From Ginglymostoma cirratum (taxonomy: Eukaryota): a stretch of DNA of 64,000 nt. The DNA lies in the NCBI GenBank assembly GCA_024137785.1, contig JAHRHZ010000001.1, forward strand, positions 3,947,075 through 4,011,074. The letters are read 5' to 3'. A program made the translations under genes and the position numbers. Each line of letters opens with the position of its first letter. Within the stretch, counting starts at the first letter, position 1. Below the pieces are notes generated by a model. The model was not told where the DNA came from and did no database searches. It saw only the letters and a list, made by a program, of their open reading frames with translations. Shown here piece after piece: positions 26,281 to 37,900 of this stretch.

Positions 26281-26952
26281 TTTATTCTTTTCTTAATGAA
26301 GAAAGTTTGAGAGAGAGGTGATGATCAGTCTGCCCAAGCCAATAAACAGCTTGTGAGGCCTTGGGTTTATTTTTAAGTTGGAACAATAGAAGCAGCCTGA
26401 ATAGGTAGAATTAAGTTCCCACAGAACCAGGAGTTTTAGTTTTGGTTTTTCAGTAGAAGTAGCAGGGGTTTTGAAGCTGGGTGAGGAAGCTGTTTTTCCT
26501 CTCTTTGTTATAGCCGAAAGCTGGGATTCTCTTCCTCCTGTTAGAATTACACGTGAGACAATCTATTTTACGACTTTGCCTTTGCCAAGGGTGTTTTTAC
26601 GCTATGATATTATGTTGGAACAGTTGCCATATAGTAGTTAAATAACCTATTATTCTGTTAAGTTTTCCAATAGAATAGAATTGTTATCCCAATTTCTTCT
26701 TTCTTGAGTCTGTATGTTAACTATTGGAATAGAGTAGTCTTTATTGTTACGTGCACTTGAATGAGTGCAGTGAAAAGTTTGTAATGTTGCTTTTTAGTGC
26801 CATCTTAGGGACAGAATGTTTTGCTTCAGATCTGGTAGTTTGATCAGTAGAATTGCATCCTGAATGCAACACCTGGCACTTGCCTTTAAGATAAGAAAAA
26901 GTTAGGGTCTATCTTCTTAATATTTTGAGGAGGTTTGGTCTGGTCCATAACA
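26281..26952 (-). mobile_element. Possible solo LTR-like insert
   Basis: Minus strand begins TGTTATGG and has AATAAA at its end; GTAT on both flanks; the 3' CA terminus is not clean. Confidence 0.4.
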
Positions 26953-27754
26953 GTATGTTGGAAAGTTGTTTGTAGAATGTCTCTATTGTTAATGACTCTG
27001 GATCACATAGCTGCACTTCTGTCAACTGTAAGCAGTGTTTTGCCAAAAAAGACTCTCAATATGATAATATTGTAAAACTTGCTCCTATATCTAACTTGAA
27101 AATCTTGAGACTTCTGTTATTGTGAATATTTGCATGGCAAAATAGTTGATCTAGGTCACTGATTTCCCTGAGGGAAACTTTGGATTAATCTTCTACTGAA
27201 GATATTTCCATCACATTTATTATTTCATGTGGGTAGTTCTTCAGCCTTTTGCTTTTCTGTGGCGGTATCTTGCAATGACACATTTTCTGAAAGTTACCTA
27301 TTTTCTTACAATGAAAACATTTGGTTTTTAAAGCCACGCACTATTTATGCTTGTGAAGTTTCTTTACTCCACATTATTGACAAGAATTTTTAGTGTCCTA
27401 TCTGTTGCATTGATTTACCTAGTGTGTCTTTTGTTCTTTTGTACTTTAAGCTATAAATAATTTCTGTAGATCTCCTGCACCGTTTATCTTCTCCCCCTAG
27501 GATTGATTTGTTTCACTTTCAAAGCTTTGCTTTGTCACAATCTGAATGCCTTTCTTTTGAGTTGGGTCTTCTTTGGTCAGTCATAAATCTGACAAAGACA
27601 CATCAGCAGGTGGCCAGAAACTGTGGAGTGAGAAACAGAGTTAATGTTTCAAGTCTTCCATGACTTTTAGAAGAAAGGAGCACAACTATATTAGACTTCA
27701 AATAAAGTGTAGGACACCACCACAGAGAAGCAAAAGACTGAAGTTTGTGACATA

Positions 27755-28402
27755 TATAGACAAGGTGGTTAAAAAGACATTTAGCATGCTTGTCTTCAAT
27801 GCTCAGTCCTTTGAGTATAAGAGTTGGGAAGTCACGTTGAGATTGTACAAGACATTGGTGAGGCCTCTTCTGGACCACTGTGTCCAGTTCTGGTCACCCA
27901 ATTATGGGAAGGATATTATTAAGCTGCAGAGGGTTCAGAAGAGATTTACCAGGATGGTGCCAGGTATGGAAGGTTTGACTTATAAAGAAAGTCTGGATAG
28001 GCTGGGACTTTTTTTCACTGGAGCATAGGAGGTTGAGGGGTGACCTTACGGAATCTTATAAAATCATGAGTGGTATAGATAGGATAAATGGTAGGTGTCT
28101 TCTCTCTAAGGTGGAGGATTTTAAGACTAAGAGGCACATTTTAAGGTGAGTGGAGGGAGATTTAAAAAAGACATGAGGGGCAAAGTTTTTATACAAAGGG
28201 TGGTTGGCATGTAGAATGAACTTCCTGAGGAAGTGATGGATGTAGGTACAATTACAATGTTTAAAATATTTTGAATAATACATGAATAAGAAAGGTTTGC
28301 AGGGATATGGGCCAGGAGCAGCCAGGTAGAACTGGATTCGTTTGGGATTATGTTTGGGACTGTTCAGATCAAAGAGTCTGTTTCTGTGCTGTATGACTCT
28401 AT
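27755..28402 (+). mobile_element. CR1 LINE 3' end
   Basis: LRLYKTLVRPLLDHCVQFWSP...LQRVQKRFTRMVPG and 3' tail CTGTATGACTCTA. Confidence 0.88.
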
Positions 28403-29123
28403 AAAAAGGAAGATAAAAGAATCTATGGTTTGAAGGTCCTTGAGGTGATAGGTTTATCCTGATGCTATGTGTTGGAATATAGGAGCAGGCCATTCAGCCC
28501 CTCAAGCCAGCTCTTTCATTTTAGATCAACTACCTCGCCAACATAATTGCCATGCTATCCACACATCCCTTAATTTCATGACTAACTAGAAATCTAATGA
28601 TCTCTATCTTAAACTTATGTAGGGGTAGACAACTCCAAAGGTTAACCACCCACAAAATGAAAAGGTTCCTCCTCATCCCATTCCTAAATGATCTATTCCT
28701 TAATCTGAGACTGACTGTTCTCACTCTAGACCCCATAGCTATGGGAAACAAACTTTCTACTGCTACTCTGTCTATCTTTTTTAAGACTTTTTTTAAAAAG
28801 TTGTAAACATATTTGAGCTCTCAGTGAATAGGTGTTTCTCCAATTTATTTTTCACTGGATTTTGTCTTCTGAGAGGCTGAGAGGAAAAGCAGGGAGTAAG
28901 GGAGGTTTCCAGTTCTGCTGTTATAAATCCATTATATATTCTCTATCCTGTTAAAAAGCAATTGCCTGAAATAAACTTCATTTGTGTATTTCTGTGCCTG
29001 CCTTAATTGTTGTTGCAGAATCTGCAGGTAACTTTCATCTTAAATGTATGAAACCTGTCCAGAAATATGGCACAGACTTAAGTTTCAGTACTTTTTATAA
29101 CAATGTCAATTTTGGTTCAGACT

Positions 29124-29239
29124 ATACCAAGGTATAGTCCAACAGGTCTATTTAGGCTGCTCCTTCGCCAGGTCACTTCACTTGGTGTTGTGTGATTTCT
29201 GACTTTGTCTACCCCAATCCTATTCAGCATCTCCACAAC
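29124..29239. mobile_element. Short element of a third, probably Penelope-derived family; 12-bp TSD
   Basis: TTGGTTCAGACT at 29112 and 29240; related to 63525-63630. Confidence 0.65.
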
Positions 29240-30109
29240 TTGGTTCAGACTGATTCTTGTTTTTTGATGATTTTATGAGCTGGCTCAATCTGTAGTTAGC
29301 TGTTAATGTAGCAATCTTAAACTATTGTTCTTCCTTGTTTAAAACCATTTTAGTTCATGAAATTTCACACATTTTGAAAATGAAGTGCTGCAAGTTGAAA
29401 ATTAATACTTCACAGTTTATTATCACAACAGTTAGGTTAGCCAAGTTATTTCTGCTCTACTATACTTGTAGAAAAGGTGGGTTGGTTGGCTCAGTTGGCT
29501 GGACAGCTAGTTTGCAATGCAGAGTGATACCAACAGCATGGGATAAATTCCCATTGTGGCAGAGGGTACTGTGAAGGTCCTGCCTTATCAACCACACCAC
29601 TCATCTGAGGCATGGTGGCCCTCAAGTTCAACTCACTAGCAGTCACCTCTGCAAGAGTAGCCCTATGGTCCTTTTGGGCTATGTCAACTTTGCTAGAAAA
29701 CAATTACTATCCTGAGGTTATTTTGCTATCTGAAAATTCCTTGGAGGAAAGACATTTTACTTAAGAATCAGTCTATAGCTAGTGCTGCTGACTAAGTTTC
29801 TTTAATGATCTGAAATCTCTCCTAGTTGAGGTTTTAGTTTAGCAATAAGTTCAACTGGATAGGCTTACCTTGCTGGGTGGAATAAAATAGTAGAAATATT
29901 AGCATAGTAAATTACAGTAACTGTTTACAGGTTGCTTGAATATGATCTACACACTACAGAGAGTATTAAGAGCACAACAGCCTCAGCCCTATCTCCTATA
30001 AATTATTTCATTACACTGACAATGTCCCCATGATATAATCACAGCACCTAGTTTTAGTACTAATCCTTTCAGAACCATAAACAACACAAGGTGAGGTAAA
30101 CATAGTTGT

Positions 30110-30990
30110 TGAAATGAAACCATAGACAGCCAAGTCCCAATATAGTGGTACAGTTGAAACGGAACACTAAGTTAAGAAAGGACAGTACTGGATCCTAAAT
30201 ATCCTGGATACAATGCATTCAGGAAAAATGGAATAAAAGAAGGTAGAAGGGTGACAATTGGGAGGCAAGAAAATATCATAGTGCTAGAGAAAGAAAGAAA
30301 GGGAGAGAGTTAGACGATGTCCTAGAGTGGTCAAAACCAGAACCTATTTGGTTAGAGCTAAGAACAATATAGGCATCTATTGGGTGTATCTGGGTAGACT
30401 ACTGGGTGTATCATGTGGGCTACATTCTAGTGGGAAAGATATGGTGGAACAAGTTCGCAAATAAATGCAAAAGCTATAGTGTACTTATAATTGAGAACTT
30501 CAAATATCTTAATACAAATGGTCACCACACTTCAGAAATGATGTGAAGGCATGAGAGAAGATATAGAAAATATTTTAAATGGTTCTGGTGATGACACACT
30601 TCAGAAATAAGAATTGATTAGAGGAACAAGCCTCATTAGAGTGAGAAGGTTAAGAGAAGATTGGATAGAAGCATCAAAATCATGAGAGATCCAGAGTCGA
30701 TAAAAATAAATTGTTTCTACTGGCTAAAGGTTTGAGTACCAGAAGACACAATTCAAGGTTAATGGCAAAAGATCGAGTCGACATGAGAAAATATATTTTC
30801 TACACAATGATTTGTACTATCTGAGACTGCGGTGAAGGCAGATTTCAAAAGGGTATCAAATAATTATTTGAAAAGAGAAACAAAATCAAGGTTACAGTGA
30901 AAAGACAAAGAACTGGACCAACTGTGGTGAACCAATGTGGACCCCAGTTAACTATGTTGTCTTCCTTGGGGCTATATGTAACTACTCTAT
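30110..30990 (+). mobile_element. Old CR1 LINE fragments
   Basis: Degenerate endonuclease-region and 3'-end similarity to other CR1 copies. Confidence 0.55.
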
Positions 30991-31141
30991 GCTTCAAATT
31001 GTCAACTATACAAATGTTTCTCATTAAAAGAAAGCAAAAATACAACAGATGCCGGAGATCTGAAAGAATAATTAAAAAATGCTGGAGAGACGTAACTGGT
31101 CTGGCAGCGTCAGTGGAGACAGAACACAGTAAACGTTTGAG

Positions 31142-31381
31142 AGATAAAAGGTACTGCAGATGCTGGAGAATCCGAGATAACAAGCTGTGGGGCTGGATGA
31201 ACACAGCAGGTCAAGCAGCATCATAGGACCAGGAAAACTTGACGTTTTGGGCCTAGACCCTTCATCAGAAAAAATGATGAAGGGTTTTTTCTGATGAAGG
31301 GTTTAGGCCCGAAACGTCAAGTTTTCCTGCTCCTATGATGCTGCCTGACCTGCTGTGTTCATCCAGCCCCACGCTTGTTGT
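31142..31381. mobile_element. Palindromic Penelope-derived short element with a hammerhead core in each arm; 17-bp TSD
   Basis: About 95-bp inverted arms; plus-strand core CTGATGA-AGGGTTTAGGCCC-GAAAC-GTC at 31291-31318; CACAGTAAACGTTTGAG at 31125-31141 and 31382-31398. Confidence 0.9.
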
Positions 31382-31539
31382 CACAGTAAACGTTTGAGTC
31401 TGGAATTATTAATTCTGCCTCAGGCCTTCAGAAAAATGATCTTGCACTTTAAGGTTATGTTAACCTCACTGGAGAATATAACATCTATTAATTGTCAAAA
31501 AATAAAAAATCTGCATCACAGCTGGTGAGTTTCAGTTAT

Positions 31540-31900
31540 TTAAACCCAAAAATATCTGGCTCGCGTTAAAGTCGAATTGCAAATGACAGGAAATTCTATT
31601 TATTTCAAATAATTTACCCGTCACTTTAATAGTCCCTCATGAAGCAATTATATTATCAATTATTGTGAAGAGCAGTTTATTGTCCTCCTGGGCTGTTGAC
31701 AGGGTGGAACCTTAGACCCGCGATTCATTTCCCCGAAATCGGACCTTGTTTAAGGTCGAAACCGCTCCCTTACCCTTTGGGTTCCGGGTTGTAAATGTTT
31801 GTGTTGAAGTATCTCTCCACAAATACTCGGCGCAAAATAAAAACGGAGGTGGTTGTGGGTAAAATGTGAAGCGGTCGATCGAGAAGGACTTTTCGAGAAG
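31540..31900 (+). promoter_or_regulatory. CCDC97 promoter / 5'UTR region
   Basis: Local CpG enrichment and ETS-like TTCCGG at about 31782, directly upstream of the first coding exon. Confidence 0.5.
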
Positions 31901-31901
31901 G

Positions 31902-31908
31902 ATGGAAG
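31902..31908 (+). CDS. CCDC97: CCDC97 probable first coding micro-exon portion (ATG GAA G)
   Basis: aggATGG Kozak context; G|gtaaaa phase-1 donor matches the phase of the exon at 32588; CpG-rich surroundings. Confidence 0.6.
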
Positions 31909-34900
31909 GTAAAACATGGAATAACACCTATCGGATGAGGAGGGTTCAGAACATTGAGGCCTTCACAGCCTGAACTCCCAAGCGTGGGACTTAATTCCAA
32001 ATCCAGTTTCAATTTATTAAAGAATTCCCATGTCTTTGAAAAATTATTTTTAGTCAGACTGTTGCGTAAACCAAGTCTTTTCTCTTCCCCCATCGCCAGA
32101 TTATTTAGTTTCTCACCGTGGACCCAGTAAAATGACAATCGAACGATAATTATTTTAATGCTAGTGTGAGTGTTTATATCAGCTATTCGAGATGAGATTT
32201 GGAAAGTATGAGCTAAAAACAAATCTCATAAAACATTTGAAGAAAACATGCAATGTTGGAAATCTAAATTTTAAAAAAAAAATGCCCGTGCAGCAAGGTA
32301 GTCAGTGTTTTAAAAAGAAATGCACTATTCATTTCACATAGAGCCTTCCGTCAGAACTCTTTCCTGAAGATACAATTGCTCTGGCCAGGATCTCATAAAC
32401 AGGATGGGCCGAATATTCTCCAGCTGTAATATAAATCTCATAAAAGATTTGCCCAGGAATTGTGTTAGCTATGCATTTCTAGCATTTTGAATTTAGAAAC
32501 AAATCTCCTCTCTCAGTTATGCTGTAATTTATAAAAGTACAAGTTATACTGAATGGTATTATTCATGTGAAATGTTATTATTCATAGGCTCACAGACGCA
32601 GGATCTCTTAGAAGATGTTCCAAAAGTGAGTGACCTTTCTGCAGACAGTGTCACTCAGGAGGCCAATTCACACATGGAAGGGATGCTTATAGCCTCCACT
32701 GAGGGTCATGTTACCTCAAGTGATGTTGAGGAACAGATCAAATCCAGTGTTCCTACCTCACCAAGGGAGATTGGAGACGCTGCCAGAATGATGAAGGAGC
32801 CTCATGACCAGCAACAGGAAGATGCTATGAATGCGTCACTGAACAGCATGTTTCATACGATTGCCAGTAGCAAAGCACAGATCAAAAGCCAGCAGAAGGA
32901 TGAGCCTGATCTCATGTATGACCAGAAGCTGGATATCGTCAAGGATCTTTTCTGGTGTAAGCCAGTGGTGTTCCTTGAACGTTTTCACAAAATCATCAAA
33001 GAAGAGCATCTTGTCTGTTTCAACCATTTGGCTGACAACTACGAAGTAACTTTTTACTGTAAAGAAATTAGGAAGTCTTCCATGAAGAAAACTGCCCGAA
33101 CAAATGTTCGCAACAAGAGGTACGCGGCCCTGCAGCAGCTGATTAAAGGTGATGTCTAACATGGTGTTTGGTTTTTTGATTTTACCCCACTTTTAGGAAA
33201 GTGCTGCCTTTAGCTTATGTTGGTTTGTTTCCTTCTTGTACTTTCCCAAAATGTTGTCACATGAGACAGTGCAAAATGAAGGAGTAATTCAACCATGAAC
33301 AGCATCACATTGGTTTGCAATATGCTGATAGCAAGATTTAGTTGGGATATCATTACCTTTGAGCTTTTAGTTTGCTTGGATTAGGTTTTTTTCTTACTGT
33401 ACCCTTAAAGGAGTTGATTGTGTTGGTCCATCAAATTGAACTTATCCCATCCCAGTTAATCAAATCCTTGTTTTCCAATAGGGAAGTCCTAATATTAGGC
33501 CACTCTGGTTGATATATTCTTTGTCCTCGCCATTAGCTATGTGACCAAACTCCAGCTGTGGCTGTGATTAATTAATATTATAAACAGTAACTTGAATTTA
33601 TAAAGTACCTTTTAATGTAATTAGCAGTGCCAATGTTTTTCACAGTACCATTATAAAGCAACGTATGACACGGAGCAGTATTAGGAGATATAAGGTCAGA
33701 TGACCAAAAACTTTGACAAAGAGGTAGATTTTAAGGAGTATCTTGAAGGAGTAATGCGAGGTATTAGGGAAAAGAGTTTAGGGAGGAAATTCCAGAGTTT
33801 GAGGCCAGGAAGCTGAACAGTGCAGTGATTAAAATCAGGAACACATAAGAGATTTAAATTAGCAGAACACAACATATTTTGGACGGTAATGGGGCTGACA
33901 GAAGTTATAGAGTAGGAGCGGCTCAGCCATGGCGTGATTTGAAAACAAAGACAAACATTTTAAAATTAAAGCTTGTTGTTGAGAATCCAATATAGATCAA
34001 TCAGTGTTTGGGGACCAGGACTTGGTGCAAATTAAGGCACAAGCAGCAATGTTTGGATGAGCTCAAGTTAATAGAGAAGAGAATCTGGGAGGCTCATCAG
34101 GAGGCATTGAGTCTAGAGGTAACAGGCGTAGGTGAGGGCATCGGCAGCAGATGAGCTGAGTCAAGTTGAGTTTAGGTGAGGTTACAGAGGAGGAAATAAG
34201 TGATTTTGGTTACAGCACAAATATAAGCTGCCTGATGGTTTGATTAGCATAGGATATTTTCCATATGGTTAAGTATAGGCAGTGACCCCACTCTTGCCCC
34301 TTCATGATGCATTTTGCTGGCATATTTCCCACAGCTGGGTGACCTCGTCCTGGTTTTGTACCAGTGACATAAGCCCTGGTGTTACTTCAAAAATCCTTAC
34401 AAAGAATTGTGAAAATGTGAATCCAAAGTGAGGACATAACTGAGATAAAATTATCAAAGATGCTTAAAATACACAAATTTTCAGCTTCACCCATATTTTC
34501 GCAGCAGTGTGTACCATGTGAATTTAATTGTTTTCTGTTTTATACTTGCAAAGAAAGACTCAGTTCTAGTATAAAGATCATAGGCCTGATGCTGTCAATC
34601 TTACTAGTGTTTCCAATATTTTCTGTTTTTATTTCAGATTTTCAGCATCCCCAGTACTCTGTTTTTGAATTAACCTGTAAATAGTGCATCGTCAGTTCTT
34701 ACTTTCTCATTATTCAGAAGCTTGTTTTGCGTGTTTGTTGAGCGTCAACATAGAGCGCTGCCTGCTCCCTCTAATCCGTATCATCAATATTTCCCAAAAT
34801 CTTAAGGCTTTTTGAGTGAGCTTGCTAGTTTTGTATCAAACAATTGTAAGTTTTATAGCTGTAGGTTTGTATCCAGTAAGAACAGAGATTAAATTCTTTC

Positions 34901-37900
34901 TTTTGATTGACACCCTTGTTGTTAACAGAAAAAGGAAGAAATTTATCTTGTTCTGTGGCCTGGAATGAAAACCAAATGTTGGATGTGTGCACATAATGTT
35001 GTAGCTCATTGCTTCACATTGGCTCCTGTTTCACGGTGATTTATAAATAATCTAATCAATTTAATCTATGCGGATCGTTCTCTTCATGCCCTGTTGGAAT
35101 CCAATTGTGATCCTTCTTTTGTATCGAACATTCTCAATTTAATGTACTCTGTCTTTCCAACCTTATTCTTTCAAAAATAACTTCCCAGAACAGAAGAAAA
35201 GGTAGATTAATATATTCCTCCTCTCTATGTTTGTTCTTTTGAATGGGCAATGGTCTGACTTAAGAAATAAATTCGCATTTCCCAGTACTTGGTTATAACA
35301 AGCTGCTGAAGGAAGAAACTGACAATTTTCTTTTCTCCCCTTCCGAAATAATCGTGGCAACTTCTTCCCACTTGCATCTTTTCTACAGTTTTAAATGTGA
35401 AATGTTTCCTGTACAGAAGGGACTCAGACAGCAGTCTAACTGTCCTGTTTTCCTTGAGCCACAGGTAAATAAATTCTTAAGTAACAAGTGAGCAGGAGAT
35501 TATTTTGGTTGGCAAGAATGTGGAGTTAAGGTCACAATCTTATTGAATGAACAGGCCTGAGGAGCTGTATAGCCTATTCATGCTCCTAGTTAGTTTGTTT
35601 CTCACCAAAGCCCTGGCTCTTCCTCTATTTCACCAGCACCATGCATTATAGAAACTAGGAACAGAAGCGGGCCATTCAGCTCTTCAAGCCTGCTCCACCA
35701 TTTGGTATGGCCATGGCTGATCTTCAGTTCTCAATGCCCTTTTCCCACTTTGTCCTCATGCACCTTGATGCTTTTAAAACCTAAATGTTTATCTATCTGT
35801 TTCTTGAATATATTCAGTTACTTGGCCTCCACAGCCTTCTGTGATAGAATGTTCCAATCTTCCTTTGAATGAAGGTTTTTCTCATCTCAGTCCAAAATGG
35901 CCTTCCCCGTATCCTGAGACTGTGTCCGGGAAAACATCCTTCCTGTGCCTAGTCTGTACAGCTCTGTAAGAGGTTTTGTATGTTTCAGTCGGATCGCCTC
36001 TCATCCTTCTAAACTCTGAACAGTAATGCCAACCCTGGCACCAGCCTAGTGAACCTCTCTTGCATTCCATCTATGGCAAACATGTCCTTTCTTAGGTAGT
36101 GAGACTAAAGCTGCATGTAGTGCTCCAGATGTGATCTCACCAGGCTGTGTATAACTGCAATAAGATATCCTTGTTTCTGAACTCAATTTCTCTTGCAATG
36201 AAGACCGATATACTGTTTGCCTTCTTAATTGCTCATTGAACCTGCCTGTTTACTTTCATTGACTGGTGTACAAGGACATCCAGATCCCCTTGCACATCCC
36301 AATATATAACAATTTAAATAATACTCTTCCTTTCAATTTTTCACACTGAACTGTATAACTTCATATAGTAATTCCTTTAATGTCATAGATTGCGCTTTAC
36401 AGGGGTGATTATCAAACAACATTTGACACTCAGCTATGCAAGCAGATATCAGGTGACCGACGTTTGGTCAAAGAAGTTAGGTTTTAAGTAGTGTCTTAAA
36501 GAAGAAGAGAGGCGGAGGGTTTAAGGAGTCAATTCTAGAGCCTTAGAGTCTGTGCAGCAGAAGGTACAACCAAGGTCAGTGATGGAGCAATTAAAATTAA
36601 AAATGTACCAGAAGCCAGAATTGGAAGAGTGGAGATATCTTGAAGGATTGTGGACCTGGAAGAAATCTCAACCCTTTACTTATCCCTTAAAGATGCAATA
36701 TCTATGCCTCAACTAACCTCTGCAACAAACCATCTCAGCGCTTCAACAACTCTCTGACCAGAGAATTTTCTCGTAACCTCTCTTTCTTGTGATAATTTAA
36801 AATTGATTTATCCTTTATCATCAATGACTCATTAACCAGAAGAGTGAATCCTTTCCCACTGAAACCATTAAACCCATTAAGTAATTAAAGAAAAATCAAT
36901 TACATTTCTTGGCCTCCTGTACTCTGCTGAAAATTGTTGAGTCCATTTTTTAATCATCTTTCCTTGAACACTTCCGCGCCTAAATCTGAAGATCTTTTCA
37001 TCCTAGTTGTATATTTTCTCCTCATTTTCTGAAAGTTAGCTTACCCTTACATTCAATAAAATAAATTACTGTGTTTACTTGATCATTTTTGAGCGGGCTG
37101 TAACAATATATCACATATATGTTCTTAAATAGGTTAAGCATAACCTCCCTAATCTTGTATTTTATGCCACTATTTATGAAACCTACAATACTTTACACTT
37201 TATTAATGGCTTACTCGAACTGTCCTGCCTCTGATAATGGCTTGTGTACATGTACACCAAGGTCTCTTGGCTCCTGCACACTCTTTAGAACTAGTACCAA
37301 TTTATTTTATACTGACTCCCCATGTTCTTTGTATCACTACCCACCCTCCATATTGACCCATGGACTTTTGGAAGTCCATGCAGCACGCTACAACCTTTCA
37401 CCCCATCAACCAATCATCTCTGTTACCTCTAAGTCCAATTTTCCCTTAACAAATCCATGCTGATTCTTCTGAATCAATCTACATTTTTCCATGTGACTAT
37501 TAATTCTATCGTGAATATTTTTTCTATAAGTTTCCCCACTACTGAAGTGAAAATGTCTGGTCTGCAATTGCTGGGCTCATCTTTACCTCAATTTGAATGT
37601 AATGTATACAATTCTCTGTGCTCTGACACCACACCTCCTCATCAAACCCAGGAAAGATTAAAAAATTATTACCAGTGCCTCTGCAATTTCCACTTGATTT
37701 CCTTCAATATCCTTGGATATATCTAACCCAGCTCCTGCTCGTTATCAACCTAAAGGTACCAACAACTTCTCAATTTTAACCCCTTCTGATTTCCTCCTCT
37801 GTCACCAGGACCTAGACAGCATCTGTCTCATAGTTAAAGCTAGATGCAAAATACTCAACCATATCATTCCTCTGTATCCTTCCCACCAGCTGATATTCTG

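Larger units (their letters stand above)
24880..27590 (-). mobile_element. Decayed Gypsy/Ty3 LTR retrotransposon gag-pol, interrupted by CR1 and an LTR-like insert
   Basis: RT motifs WCSGIACIPKPNG and FCFNKLPFGI; degenerate gag zinc knuckle CFHCKKIGNFQKMC at about 27275-27320. Confidence 0.72.
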
